Numbered from the stretch's first letter, positions 9,937 through 21,380 are shown. The stretch is DNA of 64,000 bases from Vicinamibacterales bacterium (GCA_965220695.1 OZ244838.1:3597713-3661712), one strand, 5' to 3'. Program-made: numbers and translations. Notes: generated from the sequence alone by a model not told the origin.

Positions 9937-11553
9937 ATGAAACGGCTCGCCATCGTCATCACGCTGCTGCTGTCCGGTGCGTCTGCGTTCGCGCAGTCCG
10001 CACCGTCGCTCTCACCCGTGACCTGGGAACGGCTGCTGAACGCGGCGGACGAACCGCACAACTGGCTGATGTACTCGGGCACGCTCGACAGCCAGCGGTT
10101 CAGCGGACTCGACCAGGTCAACCGGCAGACCGTCGGCAACCTCGAATTGAAGTGGGCGTATCAGATCCCGCAACTCGACCGGGCCGAGACGACGCCGATC
10201 GTCGTTGACGGCATGATGTTCATCACCGAGGCGCCGAGCAACGTCGTCGCCGTGGACGCCGCGACCGGACGCCAGTACTGGCGCTACAACCACCCGCTGC
10301 CCGACGATCTGCGTATCTGTTGCGGCCGGAACAACCGCGGCGTGGCCATCCTGGGCGACACACTCTACATGAGCACGCTCGACGCCAAGCTGGCGGCCAT
10401 CGACGCCCGCAGCGGCAATCTCCTCTGGGCCTCGGAGGCGGCAGACTATCGCTCGGGCTACAGCAAGACCGCGGCGCCGTTGATCGTCAAGGATCAGGTC
10501 GTCACCGGCATCGCGGGCGGCGAGTACGGGATCAGGGGCTTCCTCGACTCCTACGACCCCGTCAGCGGCGAGCGGATCTGGCGGACGCACACGATTCCGA
10601 GTCCAGACCATCCGGACAACCAGACCTGGTCCGGGGATTCGTGGCGCACCGGCGGATCGCCGACCTGGATCACCGGGTCGTACGATCCGGATCTCGATCT
10701 GATCTACTGGGGTACCGGCAACCCCGGACCCGACTGGAACGGCGACGTGCGGTTGGGAGACAACCTGTATGCCGATTCCGCGCTGGCGCTCAGCGGCGAC
10801 GGGGGCGGCATGGCGTGGTACTTCCAGTTCACGCCGCACGACGTCCACGACTGGGACGCGATCCAGGTGCCGATCCTGGCGGACCTCGAATTCAACGGCG
10901 AACAGCGCAAGGTGATGATGTGGGCGAACCGCAACGCGTTCTTCTACACCATCGATCGGGAATCGGGCGAGTTCCTGCTCGGGAAGCCGTACGCCCAGAT
11001 GACCTGGGCGGAACCGGAACTCGACTCGAACGGCCGGCCGATCCGGATTCCGAACATGGAGCCGACCGCCGAAGGCGTTCTGGTGTCCCCGCCGGTCGGC
11101 GGCGGCACCAACTGGTTTTCGCCGGCGTACAGTCCACGCACCGAACTGTTCTACGTACAAGCGTTCGACGGCGAGGCGATCTACTTCAAGCGTGACGAAG
11201 AGTACGTGGAAGGCGACCAATTCACGGGTGGCGGACAGCAGTACAACCAGCCGATTGACAACTACCAGAGCAGCATCCGGGCCATCGACCCCAAGACCGG
11301 CGACGTCCGCTGGGATTACTGGATCCAGCCGCGGTCGACCGCCGGCGTGATGACCACCGCGGGCGACCTGGTCTTCAGCGGTTCCATCGACGGGTACTTC
11401 TTCGCGCTCGACGCCGAAACCGGCGAGGAACTGTGGCATATCAACGTCGGCTCGCGCGTGCACGCCGCCCCGATGTCGTATGCCGTCGACGGACAACAGT
11501 ATGTGACGATCGCCGCCGGCAACGTGGTCTACACGTTCGGATTGGAAGACTGA
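9937..11553 (+). CDS. PQQ-dependent dehydrogenase, methanol/ethanol family
   Basis: Vicinal CC (ICCGRNNRG), GGEYGIRG, WGTGNP, FTPHDVHDWDA, GGTNW. Confidence 0.9.
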   Translation: MKRLAIVITLLLSGASAFAQSAPSLSPVTWERLLNAADEPHNWLMYSGTLDSQRFSGLDQVNRQTVGNLELKWAYQIPQLDRAETTPIVVDGMMFITEAPSNVVAVDAATGRQYWRYNHPLPDDLRICCGRNNRGVAILGDTLYMSTLDAKLAAIDARSGNLLWASEAADYRSGYSKTAAPLIVKDQVVTGIAGGEYGIRGFLDSYDPVSGERIWRTHTIPSPDHPDNQTWSGDSWRTGGSPTWITGSYDPDLDLIYWGTGNPGPDWNGDVRLGDNLYADSALALSGDGGGMAWYFQFTPHDVHDWDAIQVPILADLEFNGEQRKVMMWANRNAFFYTIDRESGEFLLGKPYAQMTWAEPELDSNGRPIRIPNMEPTAEGVLVSPPVGGGTNWFSPAYSPRTELFYVQAFDGEAIYFKRDEEYVEGDQFTGGGQQYNQPIDNYQSSIRAIDPKTGDVRWDYWIQPRSTAGVMTTAGDLVFSGSIDGYFFALDAETGEELWHINVGSRVHAAPMSYAVDGQQYVTIAAGNVVYTFGLED

Positions 11554-11558
11554 CACCG

Positions 11559-11879
11559 ATGCCGTTTCATTCGTTGACCGAACTGCCGCGCAAGGAACCG
11601 ATGGCGGGTTTCGTCGGCCGCTTCGCTACCGGGATCACGATGACCTCGGTGACATGGACGATCGCCGCCGGCGCCGTGCTCCCGGAGCACGCGCACCCGC
11701 ATGAGCAGGTAGCGCATGTACTCGATGGCGAGTTCGAGATGACCATCGCCGGCGAGACCCGCCGACTGGGTCCGGGCACCGTCGCGTTCGTGCCGCCCAA
11801 CGCGCCGCACTCGGGACGGGCCGTGACCGCCTGCCGCATCATCGACGTGTTCCACCCGGTGCGGGACGACTATCGATAA
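11559..11879 (+). CDS. Cupin domain protein
   Basis: PEHAHPHEQ...PPNAPH...IIDVFHPVRDDY. Confidence 0.88.
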   Translation: MPFHSLTELPRKEPMAGFVGRFATGITMTSVTWTIAAGAVLPEHAHPHEQVAHVLDGEFEMTIAGETRRLGPGTVAFVPPNAPHSGRAVTACRIIDVFHPVRDDYR

Positions 11880-11935
11880 CCGGCGTGCGCCTTCCGGCTT
11901 CGGGGTTTCCGGGCGCAGCGCGGCAGCACACGGCC

Positions 11936-12937
11936 ATGTCGGCCTCGGCGTCCCCTCTGATGCAGATCGTTTCCTCGCTACAGGAAGGCGTGGGCAGGGT
12001 GCTGCGGGCGCCGGCCATCCTGGCAGGCGTCACGCTGCTCGTGGCGGCGACGGCCGCGCCGCTCAACCTCCTGCTGCAGACGGGACCGCCGCACCCCGAT
12101 GACGCCACGTCCTACGGGTGGGCGAGCGACTGGGTGCGACGCTGCGCCGCGCCGGCGCTGGACGTCGACCGCTCGACCGAGACCATCATCACCGGCTGCG
12201 CCGCCGTCGTCGCCCTGGCCCCGGATGCGCCGAGTGACCGGTCCGCCCCGACGTTCGTGATCGGCTACCTGCTCGCCGCCGGTCTGCTGGTGTGGACCTT
12301 CCTCTCCGGCGGGGTCCTCGACCGCTACGCGCGTGACCGCCCAACCCGCGCGGCGAATTTCTTTTCGGCCTGCGGGTGGAACGGCGCCCGGCTGCTGCGA
12401 CTGTCCTGCCTGTCGGCGCTCACATATGGTCTGCTCTTCACCCTCGTCCACCACTGGCTCTTCAGCGGCCTGTACTCGCTGGTGACGGCAAACGCCGCTG
12501 CGGCCAGCCAGGCCGCTGTCATGCGCACGGTGCTGTATCTGGTCTTCGGGTGTCTGGTCGCGGCGGTCGGACTGGTCTTCGACTACGCACGCGTGCGCGC
12601 GGTCGTCGAAGACCGGCGCAGCGCGATCGGAGCGCTGCTGGCCGCCTGGAGGTTCGTGCGGCGACGGCCAGCGGCATGCGCCGGTCTGTTCGCGGTCAAT
12701 GGCATCGTCTTCGGCGCGGCGCTGTCCGTGACCCTCGTCGCCCGGAACGGGGCCTCGGTCTGGCTGCTGGCGGTCAGCCTGGTCTGTCTGGCCCTGCGTG
12801 TCGCCGGCCGGCTATACTTCTACGCTGTCGAGACCGCTTATTTTCAGAGTCAACTGGCACACGCGGGTTACGTCGCGGCGCCTGCGCCCAATTGGCCCGA
12901 GTCGCCCTCGGCCGAGGCGATCGGCCGTCTCGGTTGA
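11936..12937 (+). CDS. Conserved multi-pass membrane protein
   Basis: Several TM helices; FLSGGVLDRYARDR, FDYARVRAVVEDRRSA; start uncertain. Confidence 0.7.
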   Translation: MSASASPLMQIVSSLQEGVGRVLRAPAILAGVTLLVAATAAPLNLLLQTGPPHPDDATSYGWASDWVRRCAAPALDVDRSTETIITGCAAVVALAPDAPSDRSAPTFVIGYLLAAGLLVWTFLSGGVLDRYARDRPTRAANFFSACGWNGARLLRLSCLSALTYGLLFTLVHHWLFSGLYSLVTANAAAASQAAVMRTVLYLVFGCLVAAVGLVFDYARVRAVVEDRRSAIGALLAAWRFVRRRPAACAGLFAVNGIVFGAALSVTLVARNGASVWLLAVSLVCLALRVAGRLYFYAVETAYFQSQLAHAGYVAAPAPNWPESPSAEAIGRLG

Positions 12938-12963
12938 GTCGCGACCTACGGGCTCAGACCTCC

Positions 12964-15189
12964 ATGCTTGGCGCTCTCGTCTCCATCGTGTCGCTGGTGC
13001 TCCTGGCGGCGCTGCCGCTGCTGTTGCTGATACTGCCGCTGCTCTCGTTCTTTCGCGCGTCAGCAGCGAGTGCGGCGGTCGAACGACTCGAGCGCCGGCT
13101 GGCGGAGCTTGAACGACGGCAGGCGAAACCCTCCCCTGGCGCTGTTCCGGCGGCGGTCGCTCCGCCCACCCCCGCCGCTCTGCCCGCACCAGCGCTGCCT
13201 GCCGGGGACATCGCCGCACCGGCTCCAACCGCGCCGGCGCCGGCGCCCGGCGACCTGCACGACGCACCGCCGGCACAGCTCGAGACCCGCATCGGACAGC
13301 GCTGGATGCTCTACGTCGGGGTGGCCACGCTGCTGGTCGGGGTAGGCCTGTTCATTCGCTACGCGTTCGCCAACGCGTGGATCACCGAGCCGGTGCGGGT
13401 CGCGGTCGGCGCGCTGGCCGGGGCGCTCGTGCTGCAGGCCGGCTGGCGCTTCGCCTCCGCCGGGCACAGCCGTTTCGGGGCGACCCTGGTCGGCGGCGGG
13501 CTCGGCATCTGGTATCTCTCGGCCTTTGCCGCGTTGAACCTGTATCGATTGGTAAATGTCCCGACCGGATTCGTGCTGCTCGCGGCCGTGACCGCCGTGG
13601 CCGCCTGGCAAGCGGACCGCCTGCGGTCGCAACCGCTTGCGATGATGGCGGTGCTGGGCGGCTTCGGCACGCCGTTCATCCTGGGAGACAGTGGCGACAG
13701 CCACCTGTTCCTCTTCTGCTACACGACCCTGCTGGTGTGCGGGGTCGTCTTTCTGGCCCATCGCCGCGACTGGCCGGCGCTTAACCTCGCGAGCTACGTG
13801 CTCACCGGCATGACGGTGCTGCTGTGGCATTTCAGGTTCTATCGCGCCAGCGCGTATCTGACGACCGAACTGTTCTTCACGCTCTATGCCGGGTTGTTCC
13901 TGTGGGTGCTGTACCGCATGCATCGCTCGGCGCACCCCCGGGCCAGATGGGTCCGTCTGGCGCTCTGGACGACCCCGGCCTGGTATCACCTCGCCTCGCT
14001 GGCGGTCCTCGGCAGCCACTGGCTCGAACTGCTGGTGTACTTCATCGCCGCCACCAGTCTGGGCATCGCCGTCGCGGTGCGGTTCGAGGCGATGTGGAGC
14101 CGTCTGCTTCTGTGGGCGGCGGTGGCCGGTCCGCTGCTCACCTGGACCCTCGATCTGCCCGGCCCGACCTGGGCGGCGGCTGCCGCCGCGACCTGGGTCG
14201 CGATCGCGCTCGTGCATGCAGGGGCGCAGATCGAGTTGGTCAGACGCGCGCGCGCGCATCTGCATCCGGTCGATGTGTTGCTGGTTCCCGCCAACGGGCT
14301 CTGTCTCTACGTCGGGTTGCAGGCCGCGCTGGCGCCGCGCCCGTCGGCGGGCCTGCTCGCGGCGGCGGTGGCGGCGGCCTACGGGGGGTTGACCCTGCTG
14401 TTGCGACGCCTCGACCCACGGGCGGCGCTGCACATGCAGGTCGTGGCGGTCACCCTGGCGGCGGTGGCGGTCACCGCCCTGTTCGACGGCGCCTGGAGCG
14501 TCACGCTCGGTGCGGTCCAGGCCGCGGGCATGATCTGGCTTGGACGCCGCGAGCGGCGTACCTGGGTACGCGCCATCGGCGCTGTTCTGCTGAGTGTGGC
14601 GACCGTCCGGCTGCTGGCCCTGCAGTTCGCGCCGGTGCCGGTCAGCTACACGGTGATTCTGAACCAGCGGGCGCTGCTCGGCTTCGCCGTCACCGGCGTT
14701 TTCGCGTTCATCGCCTGGCTGCACGCGCGCCCCGGACCCGATGACGACCGCAGGAGCGGCACGGTGATCGGCGGCGCGGTGGTGGCGGCGAATCTCCTGA
14801 TGCTCGTCACGCTGTCCACCGAGATCAGCGCCATCTGGGATCTGCGGGCCCAGACCCCAGAATTCGCGTCGAGCGCCGAGTTGGCCCGGCAGATGATGCT
14901 GTCAGCCACCTGGGGCGCCTACGCCGCCGCCCTGACGGCGGCCGGCATCAGGCGGCGGTATCCCCCGATTCGCTATCTGGCGATCGTCGTGTTCTTCGTG
15001 ACGGTGGTGAAACTCTTCACGGTCGACTTCGCGCAACTCGACTCCGTGTACCGCATCGCCAGCAGCATCGCGCTGGGTCTGCTGCTCGTCGGCTCGTCCT
15101 ATCTGTATCAGCGGTACGAAAGCCGCCTGGGCGCTGGCGCCGCCGCCACGGAAGCACCCCGTCCCGACCCGCCGGCCGACGGATCCTGA
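12964..15189 (+). CDS. DUF2339 predicted membrane protein
   Basis: LETRIGQRW..YVG...RYAF...WI; GGFGTP; C-terminal KLFTVD...RIAS. Confidence 0.85.
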   Translation: MLGALVSIVSLVLLAALPLLLLILPLLSFFRASAASAAVERLERRLAELERRQAKPSPGAVPAAVAPPTPAALPAPALPAGDIAAPAPTAPAPAPGDLHDAPPAQLETRIGQRWMLYVGVATLLVGVGLFIRYAFANAWITEPVRVAVGALAGALVLQAGWRFASAGHSRFGATLVGGGLGIWYLSAFAALNLYRLVNVPTGFVLLAAVTAVAAWQADRLRSQPLAMMAVLGGFGTPFILGDSGDSHLFLFCYTTLLVCGVVFLAHRRDWPALNLASYVLTGMTVLLWHFRFYRASAYLTTELFFTLYAGLFLWVLYRMHRSAHPRARWVRLALWTTPAWYHLASLAVLGSHWLELLVYFIAATSLGIAVAVRFEAMWSRLLLWAAVAGPLLTWTLDLPGPTWAAAAAATWVAIALVHAGAQIELVRRARAHLHPVDVLLVPANGLCLYVGLQAALAPRPSAGLLAAAVAAAYGGLTLLLRRLDPRAALHMQVVAVTLAAVAVTALFDGAWSVTLGAVQAAGMIWLGRRERRTWVRAIGAVLLSVATVRLLALQFAPVPVSYTVILNQRALLGFAVTGVFAFIAWLHARPGPDDDRRSGTVIGGAVVAANLLMLVTLSTEISAIWDLRAQTPEFASSAELARQMMLSATWGAYAAALTAAGIRRRYPPIRYLAIVVFFVTVVKLFTVDFAQLDSVYRIASSIALGLLLVGSSYLYQRYESRLGAGAAATEAPRPDPPADGS

Positions 15190-15272
15190 CGCGACCGCCA
15201 CCATCCGCGGGCGTCGTGTGACCGCAACGGTGTGATACAAACAGAGAGTCGGGACCACCGAAGGAGGCTCCT

Positions 15273-16013
15273 ATGCGCCGCTATCCCGTGTCCATCGCGC
15301 TCGCCATCCTGACCGTGCCGTTGCTCTGCCTCCAGGCCGTGTCCGCCGCGGCGCAGCCGGCGCCCGGGCTTGAACGGGAGGTGCGCGACAAGCTTCGCGG
15401 GGAACGGGCCCTGCGGCGTCTTGCGGTGGCGGTGGACGGCGCCGAGGTCACGCTGACCGGGGCCCTCGATACCTACTGGGACAAGTACGAGGCGCTGCGC
15501 CGGACCCTGGAGGTCGATGGGGTCGAGACGGTCGTCAGTGAAATCGAACTGCCGCCGCCGGAAAGCGACGAGAATCTCGCCGAGGAAGTGTCCAGGGTGA
15601 TGCAGCGGTACCCCCACTATACGGTGTTCGACTATCTGGACGGGTCGATCAACTCGGGAATCGTGACGCTGATGGGCCGGGTCACCCCCGATCGCGACAA
15701 GTCGGGCGAGCTGTTCGAACGCGTCGCCAAGATTCGCGGGATCCAGGAAGTGCAGAACGAGATCCGCACGATGAACCCGTCCTCGACGGACCGCCGCCTG
15801 CGGAATGTTCTCGCCAACCAGATCTTCCGGAGCACGCACTTCGAGCGGTTCGGCATTTCATCCAATCCGCCGTTCCACATCATCGTGGAGCGCTCCGTCG
15901 TCACCCTCGTGGGGTGGGTGCAGGGCGAGATCGAGCGCCGCGAGATGGAGCAGATCGCCAGAATGACGCAGGGTGTGCTGCGGGTCGACAACCAGCTGCA
16001 GACAATTCAATAG
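15273..16013 (+). CDS. BON domain protein, secreted
   Basis: Three BON repeats (VTLTG, VTLMG, VTLVG...V.N.L); GGAGG RBS. Confidence 0.85.
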   Translation: MRRYPVSIALAILTVPLLCLQAVSAAAQPAPGLEREVRDKLRGERALRRLAVAVDGAEVTLTGALDTYWDKYEALRRTLEVDGVETVVSEIELPPPESDENLAEEVSRVMQRYPHYTVFDYLDGSINSGIVTLMGRVTPDRDKSGELFERVAKIRGIQEVQNEIRTMNPSSTDRRLRNVLANQIFRSTHFERFGISSNPPFHIIVERSVVTLVGWVQGEIERREMEQIARMTQGVLRVDNQLQTIQ

Positions 16014-16019
16014 CGCGTC

Positions 16020-17438
<1,419 letters not shown>

Positions 17439-17501
17439 CTAGGTTCACAGGTGCGTGGCGTTAGCAGCCTGCGCCGGGCCTTCGCGCACGGGATCCCCAG
17501 G

Positions 17502-19802
17502 ATGTTCACTGCTCTGCATGCCGCCACGCGCGCCCCACTGACACTCGCGGTGTGTGCGACGGTCTGCGCCTGCACGGCGTGGCCCGGCGGGTCCGGCGAC
17601 TGGCCCAGGCAAGAACGCGGGATCGACGCATCGGGGGTCGCCTATGTGGACGACGCGGCCTGCGCCGACTGCCATCAGGACGCCTATGCCGCCTGGACCG
17701 GCTCGCACCACGACCTCGCCATGCAACCGGCCACGGCCGAGACGGTACTGGGCGACTTCGACGACGCGACGTTCACGCATCTCGGTGCCACGACCCGGTT
17801 CTTTCGACGCGACGACCGTTTCTTCGTGAACACGGAAGGCCCCGACGGCGCACCGGCCGACTTCGAGCTGACCTTCACGTTCGGTGTCGACCCGCTGCAG
17901 CAATATCTGGCCCCGTTTCCGGGCGGCCGGTTGCAGAGCCTGAGCGTCGCGTGGGACACGGTCCGAAACCGATGGTTCCATCTATACCCCGACGAGCGGA
18001 TCGCAGCGGACGACCCGCTGCACTGGACCGGCCGGTATCAGAACTGGAACCTGATGTGCGCCGCCTGCCACTCGACCGACCTGCGGAAGCGCTACGACGG
18101 TGACAGCGATCGCTACCAGACGACCTGGGCCGAGATGGACGTCGGCTGTCAGGCGTGCCACGGCCCCGGCGCGGCGCACGTCGAACGTGCCCGCAGCGGC
18201 GCGGCCGACTCCCGCGGCCCGGATGGGTGGGGACTGGTTGCGCCCTTCTCTGCCGCAGCCCCGGAGACCGAAGTCAACGCCTGCGCCCCCTGTCATTCGC
18301 GTCGAGAGCCGTTGACCCCGGTCGCGTCGCACGGCGGCCCACTGCTCGACGACTATCTGCCCGCGCTCCTGGGCGAGGGGCTCTACCACCCGGACGGGCA
18401 GATCCTGGACGAGGTCTACGTCTACGGTTCGTTCGTGCAAAGCCGGATGCACGCGGCCGGCGTGCGGTGCTCGAACTGCCACGACCCGCATCGTCTCGAA
18501 CTGCGGGCCGCTGGCAACGCGCTGTGCACCCAGTGTCATCGCGAGACCCCGGTCGAACGCTTCCCGATGCTCGCACCGGGGCGCTACGACACGCCGGACC
18601 ATCACCGGCACGAGCCCGCATCGGCCGGCGCCCAATGCGTCAACTGTCACATGCCGTCGCGGACCTACATGGTGGTGGACCCTCGGCGTGACCACAGCTT
18701 CCGCGTGCCCCGCCCCGACCTCTCGGTCTCGCTGGGCACTCCCAACGCCTGCACCGGCTGCCATTCCGACCGTGACGACGCCTGGGCCGCGGACCGGGTC
18801 GCCGCCTGGGCCGCCGCTCCGCCGCCGCCGCACGTCGGGGATCTGATCGCTGCCGGGCGGGCCGGGCGGCCTGCCGCGGCAGACGATCTGACAACGCTGG
18901 CCGGCGATTCCGCTCAACCAGCCATCGTACGCGCGACAGGACTCGATCTGCTGGGCGGGTTCGGTCCGCGCGGGCTCGCCGCGGCGCAGGCGGCGCTGCG
19001 CGACGACGACCCGCTCGTTCGACTGACCGCCGTGCGCGGACTGGAGCCGTTGGCGGCGCCGGCCAGGTTGGCGGCGCTCGAACCGCTGCTGACCGACCCG
19101 GTCCGTGGCGTACGTATCGAGGCGGCGCGGGTGCTGGCCGATTTCTGGAGCGGTACGGCGGAGTCGGCGAATCCGGCCCTGGCGTCCGCCGCCGCCGAGT
19201 ACCTGCAGGCACAGACCGCCGCGGCGGACACCCCGGCGGCGCATCTGGGTCTCGGCGTCACGCGCCAGCGGCAGCAGGCGCTCGAGCTGGCGGAGGCGGA
19301 GTACCGCACCGCCATCGCGCTCGACCCCTGGTTCACACCCGCCCGGTTCAACCTCGCCAACCTCTTGAACAGCCGCGGGCGCAATGCTGAAGCGGAAACG
19401 GTGCTGCGGGAAGGACTGCAGTACGCGCCCGACGAGGGCGAGTTGCACTATTCGCTCGGTCTCCTCCTGGCCGAAGAAGACCGCCTGGAGGAAGCGGTCG
19501 ACAGCCTCGGCCGCGCCGCCGCGCTGCTACCGGCCCGCGCCAGAATCCGGTTCAACTACGGCCTGGCGTTGCAACAGCGTGGACGCCTGGACGCCGCGGA
19601 GACGGCGTTCCGGGAAGCGCGGACGCTCGATGCCGGCGACCCCGACATCCTGGTGGCGTTGACACGGCTGCTCATGGACCAGCAGCGCTGGAACGAGGCA
19701 CGGGGCATTGCAACGGATCTGGTGCGACTGCTGCCGACCGCGCCCGGGCCGCAACGGCTGCTCAACGACATCCAGCTTCGCGCCCGCCGCGACCGCCGCT
19801 GA
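17502..19802 (+). CDS. Octaheme c-type cytochrome with HEAT and TPR repeats
   Basis: Eight CxxCH motifs (CADCH, CAACH, CQACH, CAPCH, CSNCH, CTQCH, CVNCH, CTGCH) followed by HEAT/TPR helices; start uncertain. Confidence 0.88.
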   Translation: MFTALHAATRAPLTLAVCATVCACTAWPGGSGDWPRQERGIDASGVAYVDDAACADCHQDAYAAWTGSHHDLAMQPATAETVLGDFDDATFTHLGATTRFFRRDDRFFVNTEGPDGAPADFELTFTFGVDPLQQYLAPFPGGRLQSLSVAWDTVRNRWFHLYPDERIAADDPLHWTGRYQNWNLMCAACHSTDLRKRYDGDSDRYQTTWAEMDVGCQACHGPGAAHVERARSGAADSRGPDGWGLVAPFSAAAPETEVNACAPCHSRREPLTPVASHGGPLLDDYLPALLGEGLYHPDGQILDEVYVYGSFVQSRMHAAGVRCSNCHDPHRLELRAAGNALCTQCHRETPVERFPMLAPGRYDTPDHHRHEPASAGAQCVNCHMPSRTYMVVDPRRDHSFRVPRPDLSVSLGTPNACTGCHSDRDDAWAADRVAAWAAAPPPPHVGDLIAAGRAGRPAAADDLTTLAGDSAQPAIVRATGLDLLGGFGPRGLAAAQAALRDDDPLVRLTAVRGLEPLAAPARLAALEPLLTDPVRGVRIEAARVLADFWSGTAESANPALASAAAEYLQAQTAAADTPAAHLGLGVTRQRQQALELAEAEYRTAIALDPWFTPARFNLANLLNSRGRNAEAETVLREGLQYAPDEGELHYSLGLLLAEEDRLEEAVDSLGRAAALLPARARIRFNYGLALQQRGRLDAAETAFREARTLDAGDPDILVALTRLLMDQQRWNEARGIATDLVRLLPTAPGPQRLLNDIQLRARRDRR

Positions 19803-19971
19803 GGCTCATGAGACCGGTAGCAGCCCGTGGTGAAACCCCGCGTTGCACCGAGATCTGGTCGTAACAATGCCGCGCCCGGGCAGCGCAAGGCGCGAACCTG
19901 TAGGGGCAACCCTTGTGGTTGCCCTGTTCGTCAGCCGGAGCAACGCCGCCACGCGGGATGCAGCGTGAAAC
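19736..19971 (+). repeat. 236-bp direct repeat, copy 1 (3' end of cytochrome gene plus MITE left part)
   Basis: Matches 22626-22861 with one mismatch seen (GACATCC vs GATATCC). Confidence 0.95.
19818..19971 (+). mobile_element. Truncated MITE (left end plus internal REP at 19900-19924)
   Basis: TAGCAGCCCGTGGTGAAACCCCGCGTTGCA left end; right end missing. Confidence 0.8.
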
Positions 19972-20061
19972 TCCGAACCCAGTCCAACCGACCGTGCACC
20001 TGCGCCGACGCGGCGACGCGCGACAGACTCAAGATGCCGGGGTTCGCAGCGGAGCATTCGC

Positions 20062-20091
20062 TTGCGGGTGGGACTCATTTTGATGTAAGGT
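20062..20091 (+). promoter_or_regulatory. Candidate sigma70 promoter for the leader RNA and NYN gene
   Basis: TTGCGG-N18-TAAGGT in a locally AT-rich patch. Confidence 0.4.
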
Positions 20092-20096
20092 TTTCT

Positions 20097-20160
20097 CAGT
20101 TACCCGCCGGCAGCGTGCTGTCGGCTCAAGGGCTGCTCTCTGGAGCGGCCCTTGCTTTTT
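20097..20160 (+). ncRNA. Candidate structured leader or small RNA: two hairpins, the second terminator-like
   Basis: GCCGGCAG-cgtg-CTGTCGGC (20106-20125) and CAAGGGCTGCTC-tctg-GAGCGGCCCTTG (20127-20154) followed by CTTTTT, 12 nt before the NYN start. Confidence 0.55.
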
Positions 20161-20172
20161 CCGTGGGCGGAC

Positions 20173-20946
20173 GTGAGAACGCGGGTCTATGTCGACGGGT
20201 TCAACCTGTATTACGGCGCGCTGAAGGGAACCCCCTTCAAGTGGCTCGATCCTGTCCGGCTGGCCGCCCTTCTGCTTCCCCGTGAGTACGCGATCGACAG
20301 GCTCCGCTACTTCACGGCGCGGGTCTCGGGAAAGCTCGATTCACGGGCGCCGGCGCGCCAGCAGAATTACCTGAAGGCCCTCTCGACCCTTCCGGAAGTC
20401 GACATTCACTACGGAAGGTTTCTGGCAAAGACCGCGTGGCGGCCGCTCGCCAACCTGCCGGTCGCCGGGAAGCGGATCGACACGCCGATGCCGGTCACAT
20501 TGCCCCGAAGCGACCACCGGGTCCTCGGCGAACGCCCCCAGACGCTGCCGGTGGGCGTCTATCCGGATCGTCGCGGCGGGGGTGAGGGCGCGCCACGGGG
20601 CGCGAGGACACCGATCCCGGATGCGGTGATCGCCGAGTTCCACACCATGGAAGAGAAGGGTTCAGACGTAAATCTCGCGGCCCATCTGCTGAACGACGCG
20701 TGGAAGGACCTGTTCGAGGCGGCGGCGGTGATCTCGAATGACACCGATCTGGTGATGCCAATCCGTATGGTCACGGAGGAACGGAAACGGCCGGTGTTCG
20801 TCGTGTGTCCCGGCCGGTGGCAGATCGCGTCGCAGTTACGGCAGGCTGCAAGCCATGTCCGCCACATCCGCCCGGCGATGCTGAGGGCGGCGCAATTGCC
20901 GGACAGGCTGCCGGACACCGGTATCTCGAAACCGGCGCACTGGTAA
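20173..20946 (+). CDS. NYN domain (LabA/DUF88, PIN-like) ribonuclease
   Basis: VYVDGFNLYYG, YFTA, EEKGSDVNLA, ISNDTDL acidic catalytic motifs intact; ends KPAHW. Confidence 0.92.
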   Translation: MRTRVYVDGFNLYYGALKGTPFKWLDPVRLAALLLPREYAIDRLRYFTARVSGKLDSRAPARQQNYLKALSTLPEVDIHYGRFLAKTAWRPLANLPVAGKRIDTPMPVTLPRSDHRVLGERPQTLPVGVYPDRRGGGEGAPRGARTPIPDAVIAEFHTMEEKGSDVNLAAHLLNDAWKDLFEAAAVISNDTDLVMPIRMVTEERKRPVFVVCPGRWQIASQLRQAASHVRHIRPAMLRAAQLPDRLPDTGISKPAHW

Positions 20947-20959
20947 ATGCGCACGTCTG

Positions 20960-21380
20960 CGCCGGCGCGTTGTACCGGCGTGGAAGTTGATGCGGCCCAG
21001 ATGCACGTGCGGGTTGCCGTTGCGCTGATGCTCCAGCACCCACACGGCCCAGCTTTCCGGATAGGCCCGATCCACCCGCTTCCAGAACTGGTGCAGGTGC
21101 CGCTTGACCAACCGAGGATCAGCCTCGTGCCGCTGCAGATCCTCGAGTGGGTAGGTGAGCGTCAGGAAGGACGCCGGACGGTGCCATCGGCGGGCTGACT
21201 TCGGCGGGGGAGGAGGGCCGGCTGCACCGCCCAGACCGCTTCGCGCAGCGCGCGCCGCGACGTCCAGGTAATCGCGCCTACCGGCCGCCGGAGTCCACGC
21301 GGCGGCGCCAGCGAAGGCCACCCTTCGAACCGCAGCTGCATCCGCGCCCCCTCAGAGGTTCCAGCGCCGGGACCGAACAA
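20960..21380 (-). pseudogene. Rolling-circle replication initiator (HUH Rep) remnant, frameshifted and truncated
   Basis: Motif 1 FLTLTYP and motif 2 WVLEHQRNGNPHVHL; the upstream segment AITWTSRRALREAV is in another frame; no catalytic Tyr motif 3. Confidence 0.75.
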
